A stretch of 64,000 bases of DNA from positions 124,001-188,000 of the forward strand of contig NW_002060960.1 in the NCBI RefSeq assembly GCF_000150275.1, written 5' to 3'. The notes under the pieces are model-generated. The model searched no databases, was not told where the DNA came from, and worked only from the letters and a program-made list of their open reading frames with translations. Below, piece by piece: positions 13,696 to 27,508 of the stretch; position 1 is the first letter of the stretch; each line of letters opens with the position of its first letter. The stretch is from Trichoplax adhaerens. Its lineage: Eukaryota; Animalia; Placozoa. The translations under genes and the position numbers were made by a program.

Positions 13696-16600
13696 ATGCC
13701 TTCTGAAACTACCTTTTGCTTCGAGGACCATCTACCAAGATTCCCTGTACCAGATTTTCAAGACACTCTAAAAAGATACTTGGCCTCTGCTCGTATAATT
13801 GTCAGCGACAAGCAATATAAAAAGACAGAAGCACTTGTTAAAGAATTTGGCAAACAAGGAGGAATCGGCGAGCAGCTTCACGAAGCTATTGTAGAAAGAG
13901 CAAAGACTACTGATAATTGGGTTAGTTTTACTGTACCTTGTAAAAATTTTCATTTCTGTAATTCCATATATTCAATTTTATTCTATATTATGACATCTAT
14001 TTCTTACCTTCGCTCAGCAAATATGACTAGATTAAATCAAGTAGGTGCGGTAGTATTTGACTAATACCCAATGTAGCTATCTAAACATTAGTACGTAGTT
14101 GTCAATATGTTTAAGCATTAAGAAGTTTCAATTTTTTTAACTTTATTTGGCCGAGTGGTTAGCGTATTATACTTTAATCGACTATTCTATTGCTCGGCTA
14201 TGCACCATTTAATTATAAAAAGCAGCCCAGTAACACCCGTCGTATATGGGATACACTTAAAGCTTACGGTCCATTCAGATCTAATTGATCAACTTAATTC
14301 AAACTGACAAAGCTCATTACCCGCAATCTAAACCTAGTTTCTCATCGGAGAAATAGCTCGTTAATCCTCGTAGAGTATGTTAATTAAATTTTCAGCTCTA
14401 AATAAGTTTTGAAATCTTCTTCAACAAGCGATAGACGGACTTTTAGGTCACATTTTGTACTATATTATTTGATTGTGCCCGTGATCTGAAGAATAATTTG
14501 TATTAGCAAGTGTAGGAAAAATTGAATTTTGATTTCGAAATATACAACTAACATGTATAGACACGATTTATTATTGACCAGCAGTGCAATCCGTACATAA
14601 TGAACGAAAACAGCTTCCGTATGCCCATTCACTGATATAAACTCTATGTATTTAGAACTGATTGCCATATATGTCAATTCATAATGTTTTGATTAATCAG
14701 GAAAATACTCGACCGGTGTAAAGGCCAATTTTTAAACTTATCTCCGTTCAATTCTAGAGAATTCTATGTTGCAATGCTATATGCAACTACGCCACCAAGC
14801 ACAATTTTCTTGTTTTTGCAATAAGAAATAAAAAAATATATTATGTAAATGTGGTATTAGACTGTAGATTATATTCTTTCACCGATTCTACAAACGCAAT
14901 AGTTCGTGTAGTCTCTTAAATGATTCTAGTGCAGATGGCTATAAATAATACAGTATTGAGTTACTATTAAGGTTAGAGGAAAAAACAGAACTGCACATTA
15001 TAAACATCTTGTTATAGTTAGAATATCGTACTTTGACTGGTAGATATAAATGCCTATGAAAATACTGTAGTCGTTTCCATATTGTATTAATGATGGCTCG
15101 CGGTAAAATATTTATAATCTGACTATGTACAACATAAAGTAAAATGTAGCTATGCTGATTGTAGCTACTAATCCTATGGAAACTATAAGAGTATACGACA
15201 TTAGATTATTTGATAGTTGTTACTAGAAGTCATTCAGTATTCTTATTTGGCTACAGCACAGCTGCATGTAGTTATTCCTCGTATTTGATCTAAAAAAGTT
15301 CTAATGTTCTACTAGCTTAAAATTTTGGTGATCGAATTTTATCAAATTTTATTATAATTAGTCTTTAGTAATAAAGCGTTGATCCATTCGCACGCAAAGT
15401 AACCAATAGTATATAATATTTATCATAGGAATAAATTTTACCTATTTCCTTTTCTACTTAATATCATAGTTAACTGATTGGTGGACAAAGTACGTTTATT
15501 TAAAGCCAAGAGAGTCGATTGTACTGAACATCTCAGTTGCCACTATTGCTGGGTATGAACCTGTCCAGTCAGAAGATGACTATATTACGTAAGGATTAGA
15601 AGATCAAGAAGGCGATTGCATGTTTTAGTTCCGGCTATAATTGTCGTCTCTCTAAGAAAGATATTATATTCTCTTTTTTAAATTAGTCTGGCGGCTAAAG
15701 CAGCTGTTGCTACAGCGACATATTATTGGCAAATTTACCAGTAAGTGCTTAAAGTTTACATATTTTTGATAAATTAATATTGCTGTTTTACAGCAATACA
15801 AATCTAACTATTCTAACGATGATGCTTGTATAGGGTTTGATTTAAACAGAGTCGATCTTAGCACTGTATAAGTGATAGACTTTATTACAGTAAACTAATT
15901 GCTATATAAAGGCACACAGAGTATACGGTAGGATGTGTGTATTCGAAATGCCATCGTAAGATACTGTAATATAAACTATAAGTTTATAATGTAACTAGTG
16001 GAAATAACTACCTGAAGAGATGATGGATACATCGCTTTTATACTAGTCGTTTACTATACCACTGATCATCGTTAGATATAAAAGGAGTCTTTGTGACTTT
16101 AAATTAGATGAAAAATTATAGTATCAATAGAATATTTTACAGTCAAAGCTATGCATATAGGCATCATTATCTACAAAGTAATGAAGGAAATAGAATGCGC
16201 TGTAAGATATATAGAAAGACACTGTATACAGTACAATATCTTAGAATAATAATTTTATTTAGAACTAGCATCATGACATCCTGACCAACACAATATAATC
16301 GACGAATATAATTTCTGTCCATTTTATGCTTTCGTTTTAGCCAAACTTTACCAGTAAATAAATCCGGTGGAGCACCACTTGCTATGTTCCAGAGCATGAA
16401 CTTATTTGGTAGTAGTAGAATTCCTAAGCATAGTATAGATGAATTTACACCGCGAAATCTGGACGATGAGCCATCATCAGACTTAATTATTTCTCACAAC
16501 AATCAGGTATGTGGTACCGTAGGATTCTATAGTAATTTACAGTATAAAGTAAAAATAATTATAATCAACTGCTTAATTACGGCACTCTCCGAATGCAGTG

Positions 16601-19600
16601 CGAAATTATTTTAGATTATCAAGCTGCAGCACAGTATATAAATAGTATACTAGCGTAAGGTTGAAACTGAATAAGATGATTTAGAAAAGTATTCGTAGAC
16701 AATCAAATTAGTTGTACTTTACTCCTAAATTATAGTTAATTCCTGGTTTTAGCCTTCGAAATAAGCATACAATTTTTATGGGAATCAATTCTGAACCTTT
16801 CGACTTGCTATGTTAAAATTAGAAATACTGTACGAGGTTGCGTAATCTATTTAAAAAAATCAATATAGAAATTGAACTGTTGTTATAGGCTTGTTACTAA
16901 CTGCATAGATGGTGCAAGTATTAAGTACACGTTTATGATACTCAAATTTACAGTAGCTAAGTTTAATTTTTATTCTATCTCATTACGTATCGTTATAGTT
17001 TTTCATTGTTAAAGCAATCAAAGATGATAAAGTCATTTCCTTTACCGAGATGAAAATTCAGATACAACGAGTTATACAAATGTCAACTGAAGTAGTAGAA
17101 CCTGTAGGCATACTAACAACAGCAGATCGTGAAACATGGGCTGATGCCCTTCAACTCTTAACCCAAGGTGATTTGAATATTATATTTGTACACCAATATA
17201 ATGTAACATTCAAAGTGGGATACGAGAATATGAAGTTACTATTACATTTTAGATCCTGAAAACTATCAATCTTGGCATGCTATCCATCGTGCAATCACTG
17301 TCATAAGCTTAGAAATGATAAAATGCGAACCCAACGTTCAACCAGATCATCCTAATTATCAAGATGAATTATATAGTCTATTTACGTCTGAAGGTTTGCA
17401 TGCCAATGGTAGTCAGTATAATTCTGCAAATCGATGGAATGATAAAATTGTTGCTTGCTATGTGGGCAGGCATGGGAATTATGGCACGTTAGGAGAGCAT
17501 TCACATGTGGATGGAGTTACTGTCGTTTACTACAATGTTTTTTTGGATCAACAAATGTGATTATATTAAATTAACAGTATAGTAGCTCTTTCGATTTTAT
17601 AGTGTGAATGAAAATATAATCTTATACGTCAACTTGTATATGGTGTAGCATCCTTGCAAGTAAATGCAGATTAATATTTGATGTCTTAAAATAAAATAAC
17701 TAAGATTATGAGATTAATTCTAAAATGAAAAAGCATAGCACATTTGTTGCTTAAAGCATTATAATAACATCTTTATACCATGTGGACTAGCAATATCATA
17801 AGCATAAAGCTACATTTTCTAATTTTTTTAACGTAGAAAAATGATGGAAACAGGTAAGTCTGTTCCACAAGAAGTTTCGAATCAAGTTGAACCACCGAAG
17901 AAAATTCAATGGAGGCTGAACGATGAGTTGCATCAAGTTATTCGACAAACTGCGGAGAAATTTGATAAGTTAGTCTATTATAAAAATAATTGTAACAAGA
18001 AGTTGCTTTCATTAATTTTGAATATTCGCGTAACCATTCTTGAACATTTCGATTGCTGCAAGCATATCTAATTATGTATTGACTTCCAGAACTTTAAAGA
18101 ATGTCAACCAGCGTGGTATGATCTTTAATGACTACGGCAAAGAGTTTATTAAGTCTATTGGGATAAGTCCTGATAGCTTTATACAAATGGCTCTTCAATT
18201 GACTTATTATATGTAAGTGAGTAATAATATACATTAACAAAGAATACTATTTCCTTGTATGCTAAACTACTTGAATTATAGTATGTAAAAACAGTGTGAT
18301 TTCTTTTTATGGTGTTATCGTAAATCATACGATTTAGGAACTAAATAGTGACACGATCTCCAATATACTTGTACATATTCCATCTAAGAATATTTATGTG
18401 ATTAGTATAAATAGAGTTTTTTTACAACTGAAATAGTACACAAAAATGCAGTAGAATACAGTGTATGGAAATAAATATAATAAAGATTTGAAAGATATTT
18501 TCTTATCTTCATCCGAAAAAAGTAAATTAGGGGACAATTTCCTTTTCTAAATTAGACTTGAGAGAAAATTACCTAATCAATACGAGAGCTGTACACTAGC
18601 ACGTTATGCTCGTGGTAGAACGGAAGCTATTCGCGCAACTACACCTAAATCTAAGATACTCTGCAAGATTTGGATAGATCCTAAATCGACGGTAAAGAAT
18701 AAATTTAACGCGATGGCTACGATAAATTGGGATTTGAAACATTCCTTTTTCTGATATTTACGATTGCGTTTTCTTAAGCTTTCTATATAATAATATGCCG
18801 GATAATATTTCGTCTAATTTATTTTCATCACCATTCTAACGGATGTGTAGTAATAATATGTAGACCATAATTTATGAATGCTGCTCGTATTGAAGAAGAT
18901 TTACCGCCTTAATTAATTTTTCTACGATACGCTGATAGACATTGGAATCATTTCATAGTAGCGACTCTAAGAATTTATATGCTACTACATCATTTCTAGG
19001 CATGTAATCAATGTATAATACTATACTACCGTGTAGTGCAGCCCCAAATATAGCTTAGATTACTATTATAAGACCGTACGAGAATAACTTAACTTGTAAG
19101 CTAGAGTGTAAGATTGTGTAAGAGTCTATTTGTAGAAGATGTTTACAGTACGTATTGTAGCGAATCTATTAAGATGTTTATATAAAGATCTGAGGTACTG
19201 TATAAATAGATTTGCGCTAAGTATGTTAGTACTGTAAGTATTGTATTGTAATGCTTTAAATAGACGCGCGAATTATGAATAGATTGCGCGATAGTAAATT
19301 TAGATCTGATCTTGCGACTTAATGGGCAAGATTATCGCTACTACTAACCATATTAATCTTTTTTTTAAAGTTAAATGAAAAAAAGGCTGCTTTCATGGAG
19401 GCTACAAAATCTCAAAGTCAGCTAGCGAAGGAAGTACGTAGAGTGATAAAATACTCATAAAATAAACTTATTCATTACAATCTCTTTTAATTAAATAAAA
19501 GGCTGGATTAGGTAAAGCCTGGGATAGAATTTTATTTGGAATACGAATAGCAGCATTAGAGAAAGGCCTCCCTGAGCCAGAAATATTTAATGATCCTACT

Positions 19601-20087
19601 TTTAAATTAATGAATCAATTTCAACTTTCTACCAGCCAGGTAAGATCATTATCTAATGATATTGCCATAATCGTATAATTTCATCCTTATAACTGGTGGT
19701 CAGAATATTTCAAGCTTTATACCAAAGTTGATTTTAAGTTAAGTAATATAACTTCCTAGGGTATATTAAGCATCAGTCCTACTTTATTGATCATAATCGA
19801 TAAATGCTACGTACTAGTATTAATCTTAAGAATAAAGCGTTTTTAGGCATATTAGATATAATTTCATTGACTTTCTAATTTAGGGCACATACGGACCAAT
19901 TTCAAATTCACTATTTGTACCGGTACATGAAGAAGGTTATGGTATATCTTATAATATACAATCAGATCGATTTACTTTTGCTTGCTCCGATTTTGTAAGT
20001 TGTGAAAAAACGTCTAGTAAGAAATATCTGGACACGTTACGACAGTTTCTTGGCAATTTTAAACGACTTTTCACCGAAGAAATGTAA
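13696..20087 (+). CDS. Choline/carnitine O-acyltransferase family enzyme (CRAT/CHAT-like), 12 exons, 610 aa
   Basis: GT-AG exons: 13696-13920, 15470-15588, 15687-15740, 16341-16506, 16999-17167, 17253-17556, 17837-17968, 18090-18212, 18556-18691, 19371-19433, 19502-19639, 19884-20087. They join to 1833 nt in frame. Family motifs present: LPRFPVPDFQDTLKRYL, NWLTDWW, SSRIP, NRWNDK, catalytic EHSHVDG, YGKEFIK..ISPDSFIQMALQL, YES..GRTE, LSTSQ, PVHEEGYGISY. Confidence 0.93.
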
Positions 20088-21879
20088 TGATAGTTAATTG
20101 TTAGAGTTCTCCTTCAAGTTTATGAACTGATATTAGTATTCTATCTTTAAAAGTATAACATATTTGATTAATTACGGTAGATTTAACACAGTCTTTTCGT
20201 TTTTTATTAAACTGACTACTTTACTCTGGTTAGAATTTAAGAATATTCCGTAGCGTAATTTTGTTAACAATTAGATATTATAAAATTGTAATTTGAGCGA
20301 TGTATTTAGTCAGTAAAATATAGATAAATCTAACTAGATCATAAATTACAGTGTAAGTTATGTTATATTGTGATTTCATACAATGTGAACTGGGTTCTAA
20401 TTTAAGATTGTTGTCCTACCTTTGTGTATACCGTAGAAAAATATAACATCAAGCTAAATAAAAATTATCATTAATTCAGTTATTTCACGAACCTACAATA
20501 AAATTTATCTTGTCATATGTGTTTAATTACAAGTTTAATTCAGAATACTTTAAAGTAATAACTTAATAGTTTAATACCACTAGATACTCTGCGTAGCATA
20601 TAAGAGCTGGCGTAATTCATTAGTTTAGTGATTTCAATACAGAGAAGAAGATGAACTCTTGGATATAGTCATGATTAATCTCATTGATTTGATAGTTTTG
20701 TTGGTAGAGGTTGTGATTTGACCGGCATTTTGTAATCCGTTTAAGTAATTTTGATGAGATTGTTGTTAGCAGTTATAATAAAGTGACATTTTCTCTTAAA
20801 TATATTTGCCTTAGACTTCAATAGTTGATAGTTTAAATTAATATTTTCGTTCTATATTACTTGAAGTCCTCGAATATCTAATCCCTTTGAGAATGTTATG
20901 CATTTAGATTAGTAAATTGTTAAAGCAGGTATTCAAATTTAGCAATAAAGACTAATTTTTTGCAAAGTTAGCACATTGATTTTATATTTATGGATCAATC
21001 AATTATCAAAATTAGTTTTTCAGCATTATTTTAAATTGATATGGATGAAGTCGCATTTGTTCGTAAGTTTTATTTGTTAGTTCATAAGCACTATACTATT
21101 TACGATACTTACTACTATATCGGTTTAACGAAAGTCAAATCAATCAGGTTACTGGTGCTGTATCTGTATGATTTACGCATAAGTGTTAGTGATATTACCT
21201 TATATTACTAATCTAATAGAAAATAAAGAAATATTTTCAGTCAGTTACATTAAATATTTACTAATTACAATAACATTACAAGTGCCACTGGTAAATCTTT
21301 GTATCTTCACGTATACAATAATTTAGATAGCGAATAGCAGAAAAATAAATATAAACTAATGACTTGCAGTTATTTACAGCTACATTTTCGAAAACGTTAT
21401 GGATTGACGATGGAAAATTAAAGAAGATTTGTCATTCTAAAATTCGGAATAGATAAAAATGAGTCTAAAAGTAGAAACAGATTAGAATTAGCAAATTGAC
21501 ATATGTACTACTTAAAATACTACCCGGGGTATCTAAAACTCTTTTATTCACTTGACTTGTGGGTGCATCCCTTATTCCATGTCAGTAAAATGATTGAATG
21601 TAATTGGAAGAGCGCTATGTATTACAAATGAAATACATTTTTGTTTGAGGAGATTATTTTATTTAAGAAACTGCTAAACAAACGATAAACTATTCTCTTG
21701 CACATAGATCTAAGGCAGCTGGCACACTTTAAAAGTAGAAAACGGTTTAGCTTTAACATCATAACAAAATATCTAATTTTTTAACATACTACTTGCATAT
21801 CTTGCTCATGACTATATTTTTGTAAGACACATTCGTAACAGAGTAGAATCACCATCTTTAAAAGAATTCAACAAATTGA

Positions 21880-24800
21880 TCATTGATCATCATAAGGAGC
21901 CAACCGTCTATTTCGCCTACGCGCTGTTATAGATTGTAATCTAGAAGAGAATGCTAAAACAGTCTCTATGGGTATAGTCAGAATTAAAAATGCCACTATT
22001 AAAGACAATGTCCCTAATATTTTGTATAAATTGAATATTTCTTGTCGAAGAGATACATCGATTGCAGCATTCATAGGAATAGCAAATAAAGAGCCTAACG
22101 AAGCATAAACTGGATAGGTAATTGATATTCCAATACAGAGAAGAAAAACGGATAAAACATAAAAAAAAGCAATCGCAAAAATTTCCCAAGGGAAACTAGC
22201 GATGGTTAGCACTTCAATTCCAGTCAAATGTAAAATGAGAGTCGGTATCCATAATATCACCATTGAATAACAGCCGATTAGGGTTATAAGCATCGCTGAT
22301 TGACCCACAGATGGATTTACAATGCACTTTTTGACGAAAATCTAAATCATAAGTAAAGCAGAAAAACCCTTTCAGAGGCCTTTACAGAAATTAATGTTTG
22401 ATGTTTCATGATTAAAGTAGATTATCTTTAAATTATATCAGCTTCAATGTAGACAAAGTCGATTCAATCTATATGATGTATCCTATCTACGGGGCTAAAG
22501 CATACAGCTAGTGCTTTGATAATATTATTAGAAATTCTTTGTACATTATTCTTCACATAAATTTATCATTTATATATAATAACAAAAGAAGATAATCTCA
22601 ATTCTCGCTTACTCGAAAAAATGCTGCAAAAAGAGCACTTGCAGTAGCTAATAATACACCAATCGTCTTAAATGATCCCAATCCTTCAGAATAGGCTACT
22701 AAGACTACACCACCTATGGATAGCAGCACCGCTAAGCTCTAAATTCAATACATAAATGATGAATAGAGCTTCGATTTTCTACACAAAGCAATCGTTAATT
22801 GCTAATCTATTTTAGCTTGAGTTTCCTAAAATTTTATGCTTCAATCTTAAAATTATAAGGTAGTATACTATCAACGATAACAAAAGATAACAAAATAGAA
22901 AAACGAGGTATAGTTATGAAAAATCAATTTTTTGACATTATCCTATTTATCCCTAATTACTCAATTTACTCCTATTTAGCTATCTTACTAACCAACAGCA
23001 AATTAAAAGATTTTAGGTTCGATAGTTAATCTCAAAGAAATTTGTATTTGTCGTAGCCAGCTGATAAAAGCAAATTATCTGTGATTAGATAAGTACTACA
23101 ACTGCTGTACATATCAAAATGTACTAGCTAGAAATAGGGTTTATAACTTTAATTTCATTTTTCAAGTCTCAACTTGTAACAAGTGTCATTTCTATCAACT
23201 GCTCTAATTGTGAAGAAATTGCAATAACCGCTAATACGAGTACAATAAAAGATTAAATGCAATTTTTTTCATCATAATCTGAAACACAATTAATAACTAA
23301 AAAATGACAGCCGAATTACCCGAACAACGATAAATGGTTCCTTTAGCCATATTATAGAGAAAATATAAACAAAAGCTGTTGAAGCTGAAAAAACCGCCAT
23401 AACGTCTGTAGGAGATGTAAATGTTAACGCATAGTAATATGCGTAGTTTGATATATTAAGAATAATAACCAAAGCCGGTATTCTAATGGTTGCACTTTTA
23501 AGGGTAAATCCGTCCTTGCCACAAACAAGAATAGCTTCCCTGCAATTCATGATAAAATTAAATGCGAGAAGTATCATTTAATGAAATAAATGAATAATTG
23601 CACCGGATTAGTATTAAAGCTTAAGTTAACCATCAGCACATTTTGAAGTGAAATAAGGATTCCGCAGTTTGATTGAATTATTAATTATTATACATTAATG
23701 CGTATGTAGATATTTAGACAATCTCTAAAATGCAAAAGACTACTACATTAATTTATGGGAGTATATCCCTTTATCTGTTGACATTAACAGTAACTGTTTA
23801 AAATACCTATATATTTCTTTATGACTACGACCAAAGTAAATCAAAATCGGCGCAATTATTGGATAGATAACTATAAATGCGGAACCAGCAAACCTATAGC
23901 AAAACGTGCGTATAAAAAATATAATTTTAGAAGCATCATCATGGTTAAGAAATCAATTCGATGCTATTCATGATCACTACGGCACAAAAGCATTAGATTC
24001 ATCTGAATTTCGTCACAATTTAACAAGGCAACTCGAAGCTTATCCGCTTGAGCGAATATAATTACCAATTCATCAAGGAAGTCGCAGTTAGATTATAATC
24101 TGTGTAGGCTATGTTCGCAAACTGCGAATTACCGCATAGGCATGCACCACTACCAATTACAATGAATATTCCATATATCGTCTTCATAAGGGAGAATTTT
24201 GCCGTTATTGTTTCCTTACTCTCTCTATCTCTAATGACTAAAATATAAGATGAAATGATTATCCAAGCCATGTAGTAACATACTTAATAACTGTTGCTTT
24301 GTAGCTTTACCCTTTACATAAATTAGATTTAGTGAGTAAAGCCAAGTGATAAATCTTGATTGTAGTTATTATATAAATCATGCAGTAAACTAGATTGATC
24401 ACTGTAGGTATGCTAACACGTATGTATTCTAAGGTTATATATACAACAGTAGACTATTTAGCTGCTGAAATGTGAGAGTCATTGATTAAGTTTCGGTCCT
24501 AGAAAACTTAATGACAAGATATGCAATTAATAAAAACGCAGCCGCATTTTGTTTGCAATGATGAACAAGTAACGTTTACTCGTATTTATTTAACATAGTT
24601 ACGGACTATGCTATATCTCAAGATAAGGATTATGCTCAGCTCTATTGCACACCAATATCAGGAACAGCTAAGTACAGATCAGTAACAATTCCAAGCATAA
24701 AGTTCTATTATATCGAATGTAAACCGTGTTTGGATATAGCAAATAATAAGGAGCTGACTTATTAATCTGATAACATATTCAAATTGCTAGTTTAAAAGTA

Positions 24801-25913
24801 GAAGTTACCCGCGAGTAAGTGAACAGCAACTAAATTAATATCATTTTGTTACCAATGAGTTGCAAGATTGTATCCAATCAATAATTCTCCGCTAGCTCTC
24901 TTTCTGAGCTTAGCTTGCACTGCCTAAAATGCTATCAATTTTTAAGCCTTCACATTCACATGCAGATTACTAATTCAAGACAATTACCGTATACTACATA
25001 AATGATCCTATCAAAATCTTGATCAATACTAACGTTAGCCATTGCATCAGTAATAAACATTATAGCATAAACATAACAAACAGTACTAAAGGCTACTTAA
25101 TTCAATTTGAAATACGGCTAAGAACTCAATTTTTATTTATTTAATCACGTCATCCTCTACTGGCTTGAGCCATTTAATACTGTAACACAACACATCTATA
25201 TCTATGCTAATAGCTACTATGTTTTACAAGAAACCAAATCCAAGATTCGATGCAGCTCGATTCCAAAATATATGGAATACTAATCGGCATATGCATTAGC
25301 TGTTTTTATGAATCTAATCATTCTAAATATACATTTATCAAACACTACGATACCATCTTTCTCAACACCTCACAAATGCACGAAAAGATTTGCGAATACT
25401 TTTCAATATTGACTAACGTTTATTTACACTGGAATCCAAATCAAAATAGCCAAGAGTATTAGCACGCAATTTGTCAATAAATAAAGAAAAATAAAGTAAG
25501 CAAATATTGTAATTGTCTTCGCAGTTTGATTATAAAGCAGCATAATAAAGTAACGCCAGTCATTGATGAATCATGAAATAGGAGACGATCATATTTTGTG
25601 CTTTAAATGTAGACTAGATATTAACAATCTTCGAAGCAATTATTTGCTTTATGGATAATACCTGATAGGTGAGCCATTTCCCGAAATTTTGCATCTTGAG
25701 AAATGGGTTGATGATATTCGTGCTCTAGTTCACCTCTTTCTATGATATTTAAAACATAAAGTTACCATCAATGCATCCTTAAGATACATATTAACCGTAC
25801 AAAGTGCAAAAATTCGATTAGAATTAGTCCTTAAGAAATAGTTCATATAGTGAGTATTTGCTTTGAGGTAACTAATCGATAATTATATAATTTTCGTTAC
25901 CTAACTGTTCCAT
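21880..25913 (-). CDS. SLC35F3/F4-like EamA/DMT transporter, copy A, 7 exons, ~385 aa
   Basis: Exons: 25901-25913, 25662-25739, 24066-24237, 23807-23893, 23320-23539, 22613-22738, 21880-22341 (1158 nt, phases consistent). The motifs TDVMAVFS..AFVYIFSIIWLKEPFIVVR.LAVLLSIGGVVLVAY and GISITYPVYASLGSLFAIPMNAAID match SLC35F3/F4. The two small 5' exons are supported by same-sized exons in copy B. Confidence 0.88.
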
Positions 25914-26689
25914 TTTTAATGATGCTCTAACGGGAAACAACGATAAAGATTGTATCGAATACTTTAAGATGAAGGATTCAAATAAGATTATTTCAAGCGC
26001 TATCATCAACTTTCTGATTAGTAACGTCCAGTATATGATTGGCGTGAGTTTCTCGACTTTTTCCCGTGGGCAATTGATTTTTATATCTAAATAATCATCA
26101 AGATAAGAAAGATAAGTGGATCATAAGCTAATAACATTGATAAGTAATTTTTTTCCAGATTGAATATCTAAAGTGTAGAATATCCTACTAAAGCTACCAA
26201 TAGATCACTGTTTCAGTGCGGCTTGTATACCGGTCGAACCGGTCATACATTTACTAATGACAGATTGTTTATTTATTAGAAATTAGAGATAAAATAACTC
26301 TATACTGCGTCCCCAGAAATTGAAATAAACATAAAGTGCCAATTGCTCAAAATTTTAATGATCTATTTACGTCAAATTTTGGCCAAATTTAAAGTTAATA
26401 CGTTGAAAATTTAAAGGTGCCATTAAAGGCTATCAAGATAGATCGTCCACCTAGAATATCGCCGATGCCTATTATAAGGTGTTGTGGTACACTAATAGTG
26501 TGGTACACTAATAGTGCCAATGTCGAATTATTTAAGCTGAATACTATAACAATAATGCTCCTTGTCCATTTTAGAGAATTTGCAGTTCAGAGAAAGGCTG
26601 ATAATGGCATGAGCTAGATATTAATGGATTGAAATAAGAAAATCAAGCAGTAGTTGCAACCTAAGCGACCATCAAGTATAGACCTTAAA

Positions 26690-27508
26690 GATCAGCCAAG
26701 GAATGTTAGCCGGTATAGTTACAACTGTGCATTCCAATTTCAGAATAGTGCTGGCAAAATAAATTTACAACAATAACAAAATTAATTGTTAAGAAATAAA
26801 TTGAAGACATTCTAAAGGCCAGAATAAAACTTTACACCAACGTCATTTTATATGGTCGTATTTAGTACATAGGCATCTGATGTCCATAGTGAGATACGGA
26901 TTGCTTGTGATAGAAATCATCGACAACGTTATTTATACCCGTTCACAGCCAAATAAATATTTTTTAATGTTTAAATGAATGACGATTACCTGTATTAATT
27001 TAAAATTGGTGGAATCAATCAATCAAACGATTAATACTACGACCTTCAAATGGTCATCAAAACTGATTTATTTATTGTACACGAATCCACTCCCATTTTA
27101 AATCACCAAAGAGTATCAACTTTGATGATCAGCCAATGAATATTAGCTGGTATACTTGCAGCAAAACATTCAAAATTTCAGAATAACACAGGCGAAGTAA
27201 AATTTATAACGATAATGTATCAAGACTAGTTATAAAAAAATTGAAGACGCTGTAATTGCTAGAACAAAATTTTCAACATAATTCTTAAAGGCGTATTCAA
27301 TGTTAGCAGTGATATAGGTTACTTATGATTGAAAGGATTAAAAAAGTTATTCATGCCTATTGATGAGCACATAAGCAATTGAAATGTAGGGATGAACCAT
27401 GATTACCTGAATTAATTTAAAATCTGGAAAATGAATTGATCAATAGGTATTTGATCATCCAATGATTGTCAGAAAAGATTGATCCCACCCGAATCTACTC
27501 CCATTTTA
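26690..27508. repeat. Old tandem duplication of a ~420-440-bp non-coding unit (two copies, 26690-27100 and 27128-27508)
   Basis: Colinear anchors are shared by both copies: GATCAGCCAA.GAAT.TTAGC.GGTATA, AAATTGAAGAC, GATTACCTG.ATTAATTTAAAAT and GAATC.ACTCCCATTTTA. Confidence 0.8.

Noticed and set aside
14148-14200. tRNA gene suggested by the A-box-like TGGCCGAGTGGTTAGCG
   Set aside because: No B-box (GTTCRA), acceptor stem or cloverleaf follows. The same applies to the A-box-like word near 35860.
13921-15469. Nested VAChT-like gene in the large first intron of the acyltransferase, as in the bilaterian cholinergic locus
   Set aside because: There is no long ORF or MFS-like translation on either strand, only a 70-aa spurious ORF.
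13696-20087. Assigning the symbol CHAT or CRAT
   Set aside because: The diagnostic residues are mixed and divergent, so orthology needs a phylogeny.
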